Assembly (NCBI GenBank): GCA_049512315.1
Contig: JBEKXF010000027.1
Span: 1 to 44,321 of the forward strand
Source: Candidatus Aminicenantales bacterium
GTDB taxonomy: Bacteria; Acidobacteriota; Aminicenantia; Aminicenantales; Saccharicenantaceae
DNA length: 44,321 bases
Direction of reading: 5' to 3'
The position numbers and the translations under genes were made by a program. Below the pieces are notes generated by a model. The model was not told the DNA's origin, did not search any database, and saw only the letters and a program-made list of their open reading frames with translations. Of the stretch, positions 1 to 7,148 are shown piece by piece; positions within the stretch are counted from its first letter, which is position 1; each line of letters starts with the position of its first letter.

Positions 1-1
1 T

Positions 2-130
2 CCGAGCGCTTGGGTTGACGGAGGCCACTTAGATGTCGCCGTCACAACAGTGTCCGGGACGGCTCTTGCCGCGTGTGAGCCAATTCAAGTTAACCAAGTT
101 AAGTTTTTGCCCGAAAAGCCGGCTAATTAG
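2..130 (+). CDS. possible 3' end of a hypothetical CDS entering the window (PSAWVDGGHLDVAV...EKPAN*)
   Basis: Open frame from the window edge to TAG at 128-130; no recognisable motif. Confidence 0.25.
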   Translation, partial: PSAWVDGGHLDVAVTTVSGTALAACEPIQVNQVKFLPEKPAN

Positions 131-153
131 CGGCCAGGGTTGGGACTCTCCCC

Positions 154-182
154 GTGTGCCAGCCGTGTGCCGGTGGCGTGCC
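154..182. repeat. three direct repeats G(T/C)GTGCC at 11-bp period; candidate integrase arm-type sites
   Basis: GTGTGCC at 154 and 165, GCGTGCC at 176; about 110 bp from the tRNA fragment at 294. Confidence 0.65.
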
Positions 183-251
183 AAAATCGACTGAAAGCGC
201 CGTAAAATTACGGTTTCGGACGGAAGACGATGAGAGGGTCAGGCCTCATCG

Positions 252-264
252 CAAGTCGCTGATA
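252..264 (-). promoter_or_regulatory. IHF-consensus site within an att arm
   Basis: Minus strand TATCAGCGACTTG matches WATCARNNNNTTR and lies between the arm repeats and the tRNA fragment. Confidence 0.5.
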
Positions 265-293
265 AATCGGAGAATCAGGGTAGAAAAAGAGAA

Positions 294-340
294 GCGCGCC
301 CGGAGGGATTCGAACCTCCAACCTTTGGATCCGGAGTCCA
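294..340 (-). mobile_element. 3' half of tRNA-Arg(CCG); att-site remnant 1, not an intact tRNA
   Basis: Minus strand TGGA-CTCCGGA-TCCAA-AGGTT-GGAGG-TTCGAAT-CCCTC-CGGGCGC-G has an anticodon loop with CCG, a T-loop and the 3' acceptor strand; no complementary 5' acceptor strand upstream. Confidence 0.8.
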
Positions 341-445
341 CGTCTCTACCCTCCTGGACATATGGGGAAAATCCGATTTCCAGGGGGAAATGCCTTGCTT
401 TCCTTTACGCACCTTTAGTCAGAATTAAGCGCGTTTAAGCAAAAT

Positions 446-464
446 CTGTGACATGGCTGTTACA
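446..464. repeat. direct repeat CTGT(G/T)ACA x2 at 11-bp period; candidate arm-type sites
   Basis: CTGTGACA at 446 and CTGTTACA at 457, on the other side of tRNA fragment 1. Confidence 0.55.
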
Positions 465-555
465 CGGGGAGAGGTCTGCCGGACGCTCATTAACCTCGGA
501 AGCCCCCTCTAAGGACCAGACTAATCTGCCCCCATAATTGACCCAAGATCCGGTT

Positions 556-930
556 CTACGCCTCGCCAAAGCTCTCCAAGGCAGCTTCAACAGTTGCAAA
601 AACGACTTCTTCCTTTCCGAAGTACCAGCGAGGATCTAAGGCTAAGTGGCTGCTCTTTGGTAAGCACGCCAGCTTGAGCTTGCCACCTAGGGACCGGCAT
701 GATATGTAACTAGCTACAACCTCCCCAACTCCAAAACTATCCACGAATTTGACGTTCTGAAAGTTAAAGATAAAGTTCCTCTTCCCCCTATCTAACTCGG
801 CCTTCACGAACTGATAGAGCGTCGGCTCATTTCCGCTATGCCGGCAGATCTTCCCTTCCAAATCCAGTATCGTCACATTCTTGACTTCCCTGGTTTTTGC
901 GACCAATCCACCCGCTAGTATGCTTATCAA
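556..930 (-). CDS. STAS-domain protein (anti-sigma-factor antagonist-like)
   Basis: VTILDLEG...FIFNFQNVKFVDSFGVGEVV...GGKLKL is a typical STAS pattern. Probable TTG start at 930 behind GAGGGG (the ORF track extends to 969). Confidence 0.85.
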   Translation of the reverse strand: MISILAGGLVAKTREVKNVTILDLEGKICRHSGNEPTLYQFVKAELDRGKRNFIFNFQNVKFVDSFGVGEVVASYISCRSLGGKLKLACLPKSSHLALDPRWYFGKEEVVFATVEAALESFGEA

Positions 931-947
931 AGGCGCCCCCCTCGCTG

Positions 948-1772
948 TCACTTCCAGAACCACCTCCATTTTTTCCCGGCTTTCCCTGGCGAGGGAGATC
1001 CCGCTTCGATGGGGATATCTTTGATCTCTACCACTTGAACACCCTCACTGCATGCCGAGCATTTAGAGGTGAATGATACCGAAACTTCATTCTTGGGCAG
1101 GTTAGGGAACACGACTCGGACAAAATCGGAGGGTGCATCGAGGAGTTCCGTGAGCCCGCATTTGTTGCAGGGGTGGATCACCCAACGATCACGTTCTGCC
1201 AGATATTTGTCTGTAACCATAACAGGATGTGCGCCACCTTGGGGCATAAGGAACTTGATAACTAAGCCCTTATGGACGTTAGTTAGTCCGAATGGAGTAT
1301 TGAGGACGATGCCCGTATAGACTCCTTCCAACGAACCGGTCACTCGGACCCACATCCCCTCAGGAGGATGCTTTGCGATGCGGGCGCCACCTTCGTGGAC
1401 AAGAACCTGAATGTCGTCCGGGAACTCCGGATGAAACTTACCCTTGAGCCCCGGGTCATTGCGCCAGGTGCCCCATAGACTCCCAGGTTGCGGCTGCGGA
1501 CCGTAGAATTGCAGCCAGTCGGGCTTGGCAGGCAGAGAAAGGGCGCTGACTTCCTCGTCGGACAAGGGTATACAAGTGATTCCCGTCCAGGGCGGACGCG
1601 CGACAATGCTCACTTTGGGGGCGTCCGATCTCTCCGGTCCGTCAGAGCCAGCCGAGAATCCCGCTTCCGGATCAATGTACGTGAACCAGATATGGTTGGG
1701 AAAGTTGGCAAGGTCGAGACGAACCCATACTCCCGCAGGCCAAGGTTCTTCGGCCCCGTAGATATGCGACAT
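948..1772 (-). CDS. hypothetical protein with a DUF2314-like motif and a C-terminal CxxC...CxxC zinc ribbon
   Basis: 274 aa behind a GAGGGG RBS; EGMWVRV...YTGIVLNTP; CNKC...CSAC; KKWRWFWK tail. Confidence 0.7.
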   Translation of the reverse strand: MSHIYGAEEPWPAGVWVRLDLANFPNHIWFTYIDPEAGFSAGSDGPERSDAPKVSIVARPPWTGITCIPLSDEEVSALSLPAKPDWLQFYGPQPQPGSLWGTWRNDPGLKGKFHPEFPDDIQVLVHEGGARIAKHPPEGMWVRVTGSLEGVYTGIVLNTPFGLTNVHKGLVIKFLMPQGGAHPVMVTDKYLAERDRWVIHPCNKCGLTELLDAPSDFVRVVFPNLPKNEVSVSFTSKCSACSEGVQVVEIKDIPIEAGSPSPGKAGKKWRWFWK

Positions 1773-1911
1773 TTTATCCCCTCCCCGACCTTTCTTTTTA
1801 AATATACTACACGTGAATTGCGATGTTCAAGTTGCAGACTTATCCGATGATCGTGGAAAATCTCGAGTGATGTGTTTGCCTATCTGTTCGATAATAGGTT
1901 AATTAAATGAA

Positions 1912-1950
1912 GTGCCCCCTAGCCTGACTCGAAAAGCCGACACATGGATC
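1912..1950 (-). mobile_element. degenerate tRNA(Arg-like) 3' fragment; att-site remnant 2
   Basis: 1909-1944 matches 3141-3175 at 32/36 positions; minus strand ..GATCCAT-GTGTC-GGCTT-TTCGAGT-CAGGC-TAGGGGGC-A. Confidence 0.65.
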
Positions 1951-2084
1951 GTCTCTCTCCTGAGCACTAAAACGTTGACTGCTCTACAGACATTTCTCAT
2001 ATTCTTAACAAACTCTTGACAACTTTTCCTCCCGACAAACCTAGATTATTAGCAGAGAAATCAATGGAAAGGAGAGCCGAATTG

Positions 2085-2915
2085 ATGAAAGCAAGATTTT
2101 GGGGAAAAAGGGATTCAGCGGTTGGAGGGGCTGTTCTCAACGCCGCGAAACTCATAGTCTTTTTAACTGGCTGCATAGTTTTGTTGCCAGCCTTTGCGTT
2201 GGCTCAAAAAACAATAATCATTGATGAAAGCCTGAGCGCTAATGCTGATAAAATGAACGTGAAAATGGGATGGCAAGTGGGTGAGGTATGGAAGTTCCGT
2301 TTTGGAGATTATGCAGTTGTATCACCCAAATTGACAGTGACAACCGGCACTTCAAAGACTAATATTTGGGGCAGCCGGACTGAAACTAAAAGCAAAAGAA
2401 AATTCTTGTATTTATTGAAGGGGCCTACACCTGATACCGCCCGTGTGAATGCAGCCCAAAATATTGACGTCAAGACGTCGCAGAGTATTGAAATACTATC
2501 CCATATTTCTCTGGGAAGTGACGAGGTGCTAGCAGAGACCGATAATTTTGTCGCCTTCATTAAAATTAATGAAGATGATGCTGATACCTGGACCCTGATC
2601 ATGAATGTCGTGAGACGCACCGGGGGGGAACAGGAAAACCCAAAATCCTTTCTGACTAATGGTGTAAGAAAAATTCTCCTTATTCCAGTGACATCAAACA
2701 AAGATGGCGATGCCCGTGGTACCCCTGCTCTGGGGTACGAATTATCAGAAAACGGGCAGGCATTGGGGGCGGTCCAGTATAATGGTGGTGGATTATTTGC
2801 ATGGAATAAAACTATTATTTATATAGACCGGAACCTGGAACCAAAAATGAAACTCTTATTAGCTGCAGCAATGACTGCTGTTTTGCAGGTAAAGGTAAGA
2901 CCTCCAAAGTTTTAA
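2085..2915 (+). CDS. hypothetical exported protein, AT-rich cargo gene
   Basis: Long ORF; ATG at 2085 behind GGAG (alternative 2064); signal-like KLIVFLTGCIVLLPAFALA-Q; visibly more AT-rich than the genes after 3.8 kb. Confidence 0.75.
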   Translation: MKARFWGKRDSAVGGAVLNAAKLIVFLTGCIVLLPAFALAQKTIIIDESLSANADKMNVKMGWQVGEVWKFRFGDYAVVSPKLTVTTGTSKTNIWGSRTETKSKRKFLYLLKGPTPDTARVNAAQNIDVKTSQSIEILSHISLGSDEVLAETDNFVAFIKINEDDADTWTLIMNVVRRTGGEQENPKSFLTNGVRKILLIPVTSNKDGDARGTPALGYELSENGQALGAVQYNGGGLFAWNKTIIYIDRNLEPKMKLLLAAAMTAVLQVKVRPPKF

Positions 2916-3143
2916 ATGCCTGGGGCTGGCGCAAACTGACGTCCACAGTTTTACACAGCAGGAAGGCCAACCTCTTCTCCTATGCCAACAATGGTTAATT
3001 GCCTCTAAAATAATGGCTGTCGAGATTTGTGACGTGCTGAACGCTAAAAAGCGGAGAAGCAACCTAAAAGGACTTAAAACCAGCGATCACTCGATGATCG
3101 AGTGACGGGTTGATCTTCAAGGCTTATTTGGGAAAAAACGGAA

Positions 3144-3185
3144 GTGCCCCTGGCCTGACTCGAACAGGCGACACACCGCCTTCGG
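3144..3185 (-). mobile_element. tRNA(Arg-like) 3' fragment; att-site remnant 3
   Basis: Minus strand CCGAAG-GCGGT-GTGTC-GCCTG-TTCGAGT-CAGGC-CAGGGGC-AC has a perfect 5-bp T-stem, T-loop and 3' acceptor strand; 5' half absent; isotype uncertain. Confidence 0.75.
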
Positions 3186-3234
3186 CAGTGCTGGCAAGGC
3201 CGGCATGGATTAGGAATCCCACGACCTAGCGTTT

Positions 3235-3247
3235 CAACTAACTGATA
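3235..3247 (-). promoter_or_regulatory. IHF-consensus site within an att arm
   Basis: Minus strand TATCAGTTAGTTG matches WATCARNNNNTTR, between fragment 3 and the repeats at 3279. Confidence 0.5.
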
Positions 3248-3278
3248 ATAAAGAGAATTCCACAGCCCCAAGTCTGGG

Positions 3279-3297
3279 TGTGCACAGATTGTGCTCA
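3279..3297. repeat. direct repeat TGTGC(A/T)CA x2 at 11-bp period; candidate arm-type sites
   Basis: TGTGCACA at 3279 and TGTGCTCA at 3290. Confidence 0.55.
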
Positions 3298-3564
3298 ACT
3301 GCGGCCCCCACCCGCACCAGAAGCGACACAGGGGCTCACGCAGCGCCAACCGCTCGGAAGCAGAAACCCCAAGACATTAGAACAGCAGCGTCAGAAAGAT
3401 GAACGTGAATAGTTCTGTACGCAAGCCCGTTTCCCCCATTTCTTGAGCCGCCGTCATTCGGCACGTAAGTATCGAACGAAGAACTTGCTCATGATGTAAT
3501 TCAGGCTGAAAACCGGGAAAGATTAAATGGCTGAAAATCAGGGAGAAATGTGTCGTAACTGAGA

Positions 3565-3599
3565 GGATTCGAGCCTCCGACCTTTGAATCCGGATTCGA
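3565..3599 (-). mobile_element. degenerate tRNA-Arg(CCG) fragment; att-site remnant 4
   Basis: 30/35 identical to 306-340 (GGATTCGAgCCTCCgACCTTTGaATCCGGAtTCgA). Confidence 0.7.
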
Positions 3600-3629
3600 A
3601 CTTCTAATTTTTCGGGCGGCGTCTTCAAA

Positions 3630-3648
3630 GTCACAATTTGGTCACAAT
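3630..3648. repeat. direct repeat GTCACAAT x2 at 11-bp period; candidate arm-type sites
   Basis: Exact 8-mer at 3630 and 3641, 30 bp from fragment 4. Confidence 0.6.
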
Positions 3649-3747
3649 CCTTCCCTGCCGGGAGCACTTCTCCCCCATTGATTGCTGATTGTGAAAGAGA
3701 TTAAGAGGCCGGGACGGACTTAGGGACTTGGACGGGGAAGTCCGCGG

Positions 3748-3776
3748 CTGACAATCATCCGAAAGGATGATAAGAT
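3748..3776 (+). promoter_or_regulatory. candidate sigma70 promoter of pepP with a palindromic spacer
   Basis: CTGACA-N17-TAAGAT; the spacer is ATCATCC-GAAA-GGATGA(T). Confidence 0.5.
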
Positions 3777-3803
3777 AAGGTTCTCGGCCATAAAGGAATC
3801 GCC

Positions 3804-5189
3804 ATGTTTGATCAAAGCATTTACATTAAAAGACGGGACCGTCTGAAACAGCGCGTCCGGTCGGGCCTCGTCCTCTTCCTGGGAAACGAAGAGAGCCCGA
3901 TGAATTACGCGGATAACGGTTATCATTTCCGTCAGGACAGCTCGTTCCTCTATTTCTTCGGTCTCGACTTCGCCGGGTTGGCCGGTGTCGTCGACCTCGA
4001 CGAGGGAACCGTCGCGATCTACGGCAACGACCTGACGATCGACGATTTCGTCTGGATGGGCCCCCAGCCGACGATCCGGGAGCGGGCGCTCGCCGTCGGG
4101 GTCGAAAAAACGGGGCCCTGTGCCGCGCTCAAAGAGCTCTTGAAGGCCGTAAAGGCCGCGGGCCGGAAGGTCCATTTCCTGCCGCCTTACCGCGCCGAAA
4201 ACGCGATCATGCTCATGAATGGACTTGGGGTTGCGCCCGACAAAGCGGGAGTCGAGGCGTCCGTCGAGCTCATCAAGGCGGTCGTCGCCCAGCGGGCGAT
4301 CAAAGGCCTCGAGGAAGTGAAGGAAATCGAGGCTGCGGTCAACACCTCCGTCGATATGCACATGGCTGCCATGCGCATGGTCCGGCCCGGCGTCGGCGAA
4401 GCCGAAATCGCCGCCGAGGTCCACAGAATCGCACTGGCCGCAGGGGGTGATATCGCCTTCCCGATCATCGCCACGGTCCACGGCGAGACACTCCACAATC
4501 AATACCACGGCAACCGGCTGAAGGACGGGGACATGTTCCTGCTCGATGCCGGGGCCGAGAGCGCTCTCCATTATGCCGGCGATCTCTCCAGCACCATCCC
4601 GGTCTCACCGAAGTTTACGCCACGGCAAAGGGAGATCTATGAGATCGCGCTTGCCGCCCACGAGGCCGCCGCCGGCGCCCTCAAGCCCGGGGTGAAAAAT
4701 CTCGACGTCCATCTCCTGGCCTGCCGGACGATCGCCGCCGGGCTCAAGGATCTCGGCCTTATGAAGGGGGATGTGGACGAGGCCATCCGCCAGGGCGCCC
4801 ATGCCCTTTTCTTTCCGTGCGGCGTCGGCCATATGATGGGCCTCGACGTCCACGACATGGAAGACATCGGCGAGATCTACGTTGGCTATGAAGGCATGTC
4901 CAAGAGCAGCCAGTTCGGCCTGAAATCCCTGCGCTTGGCCCGGGAAATGAGGCCGGGGTTCGTCTTGACGATCGAGCCCGGCATTTACTTCATCCCGGAA
5001 CTAATCAACCAATGGAAGGCCGCGGGCAGATTCACCGATTTCCTGAATTACGACCGGATCGAGGCCTACAAGGATTTCGGGGGTATCCGCAACGAGGAGA
5101 ATTTCCTGATCACAGCCGACGGGAAGCGTCTCCTGGGGAAGCCGAAGCCCAAGACAATCGAAGACGTAGAGTCCATCGCCAGGATTTGA
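3804..5189 (+). CDS. pepP: Xaa-Pro aminopeptidase (peptidase M24B)
   Basis: FRQDSSFLYFFG N-domain; metal-ligand motifs DAG...YAGDLS, GHMMGLDVHD, TIEPGIY, GGIRNEE; AAGGA RBS. Confidence 0.93.
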   Translation: MFDQSIYIKRRDRLKQRVRSGLVLFLGNEESPMNYADNGYHFRQDSSFLYFFGLDFAGLAGVVDLDEGTVAIYGNDLTIDDFVWMGPQPTIRERALAVGVEKTGPCAALKELLKAVKAAGRKVHFLPPYRAENAIMLMNGLGVAPDKAGVEASVELIKAVVAQRAIKGLEEVKEIEAAVNTSVDMHMAAMRMVRPGVGEAEIAAEVHRIALAAGGDIAFPIIATVHGETLHNQYHGNRLKDGDMFLLDAGAESALHYAGDLSSTIPVSPKFTPRQREIYEIALAAHEAAAGALKPGVKNLDVHLLACRTIAAGLKDLGLMKGDVDEAIRQGAHALFFPCGVGHMMGLDVHDMEDIGEIYVGYEGMSKSSQFGLKSLRLAREMRPGFVLTIEPGIYFIPELINQWKAAGRFTDFLNYDRIEAYKDFGGIRNEENFLITADGKRLLGKPKPKTIEDVESIARI

Positions 5190-5511
5190 GGGGCCTTTTG
5201 AAGGATCTCTCGATGGCGGGCGCATCGAAGCTCTTCTTATTCAATCTTGGCCGCTGATCGTGAAACGTTCACGATCTTCCCGTGACCTGCAAATAATTGA
5301 TCATCTTCATTTGATAATTTGCCTTGGCATCGCTCAGCTGATCTTTGGCCTGTCATCGTGACCTGCCCCCCCTTAAACCGGTCCAGGTATAACGCGGGAA
5401 ACCCTAGGAGAGGAACTTTTTCAGTTCTTCTCGGTCTAGAGTCAACAGAACCTTCTTGATTCATTCTACTCGTTCAATGAGGTTTACACAGTTTTCCTTA
5501 TTCTCCGTCCG

Positions 5512-5540
5512 TTGACACGTCCCAAGCTTGAATTTATGAT
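5512..5540 (+). promoter_or_regulatory. sigma70 promoter of the GH29 gene
   Basis: TTGACA-N17-TATGAT; the ORF-track TTG start is actually the -35 box. Confidence 0.7.
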
Positions 5541-5547
5541 GCGCATC

Positions 5548-7110
5548 ATGAGTGAAATGAAAAGACGCAATTGCGCGAATATCGCGAAACTCCTGTCATC
5601 TGTGATCTTGGCATTATTATTTCTGGGAACGTCATCCGGCCAGGAAGCCGGCCCCCGGGAAGATTCGGTATCCCCGGGCCGGAAAAAGATTATCCGGGCA
5701 ATGAAGGAAAAAACATATGAAGCAAACTGGGAATCCCTTGCCCAGTGGGAGATGCCGAAATGGTTTGAGGATGCCGTTTTCGGGACCTACTGGCATTGGG
5801 GGCCGTATTCTGTAGCCGGCTACGGATATAGCTGCTGGTATGGAAGCAGCATGTACGAGCCGAATAATGGACCTGATTATCGAGGGGGAGATTGCTATAA
5901 GCATCATGTGGAGGTTTGGGGCGATCCGTTCACCCAGTTCGGCTATAAGGATTTTATTCCTCTGCTGACGGCGGCGAAATGGAATCCCGCTGAATGGGCT
6001 AAACTCTTCAAGGAGATCGGAGCGGATTTTGCCGGGCCCTGCGCTGAACATCACGATAACTTCTCGATGTGGGATTCCAAAGTCACGATGTGGAATTCGG
6101 TAAATATGGGCCCCCATCGGGACATTGTCGGTGACATCGCCAAGGCCTTGAAAGCGCAGGACGTGAAATTTATCGTAACCTTCCACAATAATGGATGCAA
6201 TAACTGGAACTACTTCAACGGAGGAAGAAAGGGCTGTCCCGAAGGCGTCGATGTCAATAATCCCGATTATTACGGGCTCTACGGCGAGCCGCATGATTCA
6301 CCGGGCGCGCGCCATAGGATGTGTCTCAAGTTTTTCAACAAAGCGATGGAAGTCATCGATAAGTACAATCCCCAAATGATATGGCTGGAAGGCTGCATGG
6401 ACAAGGAAATCATTGCCGATTTTATGCCCAAGATGATGGCCTATTATTTCAACAAGAACGAGAAGTTGGGCGGGGGTGTTGTCGTGACGCATAAGGGCCA
6501 GGAGCTGCCTCTCGCCTGTTCACCGCTGGATTTCGAGACAGGCGGAAAAGAGGAACCCGATATCCGCAAATGGCAGACCGATATGCCATTGCCGGGCTGT
6601 TCTTGGGCCTACGAGAGCACCATAAAAATGACCGCCGAGGATATTGAAAAAGGAGCGAATTCCCTGGTTGCCAGTATCGTGGACAGGACGAGCAAGAACG
6701 GCGTCACGTTGTTGAGCATCGGGCCAAGAGCCGATGGGACAATTCCGGAGTACCAGATCGAAATGCTGAAAAAGCTGGGCACATGGATGAAAGTCAATAA
6801 GGAAGCTCTCTATGGATCCAAGCCGGCTCCTTTTTCCAAGGGTGGCGTAGACACCTGGAAAGCCGGCACGATCAGGTTCACGGAGAAAGACGATTATCTC
6901 TATGCCATCGAATTGAAAATGCCGGCTGCAGGAGAGGTGATCCCGGGGGTCAAGTTATCACCGGGGTCGATAATCAACATGCTCGGTTACGCCAAAAATC
7001 TGCCTTGGCACCAGGAGGGCGGTGATGTTGTGATCGACAAGATACCCGATAAACTCCCCTGTCATTATGCCTGGTCATTTAAAATTAAAAAGGCTGATAT
7101 CGTGAATTGA
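5548..7110 (+). CDS. GH29 alpha-L-fucosidase family protein, exported
   Basis: WESL..PKWFEDAVFGTYWHWGPYSV, AEHHDNFSMWDS, SKNGVTLLSIGPRADGTIP, NKEALYG; signal peptide; start 5548 or 5557. Confidence 0.9.
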   Translation: MSEMKRRNCANIAKLLSSVILALLFLGTSSGQEAGPREDSVSPGRKKIIRAMKEKTYEANWESLAQWEMPKWFEDAVFGTYWHWGPYSVAGYGYSCWYGSSMYEPNNGPDYRGGDCYKHHVEVWGDPFTQFGYKDFIPLLTAAKWNPAEWAKLFKEIGADFAGPCAEHHDNFSMWDSKVTMWNSVNMGPHRDIVGDIAKALKAQDVKFIVTFHNNGCNNWNYFNGGRKGCPEGVDVNNPDYYGLYGEPHDSPGARHRMCLKFFNKAMEVIDKYNPQMIWLEGCMDKEIIADFMPKMMAYYFNKNEKLGGGVVVTHKGQELPLACSPLDFETGGKEEPDIRKWQTDMPLPGCSWAYESTIKMTAEDIEKGANSLVASIVDRTSKNGVTLLSIGPRADGTIPEYQIEMLKKLGTWMKVNKEALYGSKPAPFSKGGVDTWKAGTIRFTEKDDYLYAIELKMPAAGEVIPGVKLSPGSIINMLGYAKNLPWHQEGGDVVIDKIPDKLPCHYAWSFKIKKADIVN

Positions 7111-7148
7111 TTCAAATTGTCCGATAGAGGTGACTGCAAACCGTGGGG

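Noticed and set aside
294..370. Intact tRNA-Arg(CCG) gene
   Set aside because: No 5' acceptor strand complementary to CGGGCGC, and only a vague D-arm-like stretch.
154..438. 94-aa ORF across the first att remnant
   Set aside because: Its ARRDSNLQPLDPES segment is simply the antisense translation of the tRNA fragment; no RBS.
294..3599. CRISPR array or integron attC array
   Set aside because: The repeats are tRNA-derived, of two types and spaced 0.4-1.6 kb apart; no cas or intI gene and no RYYYAAC...GTTRRRY hairpin structure seen.
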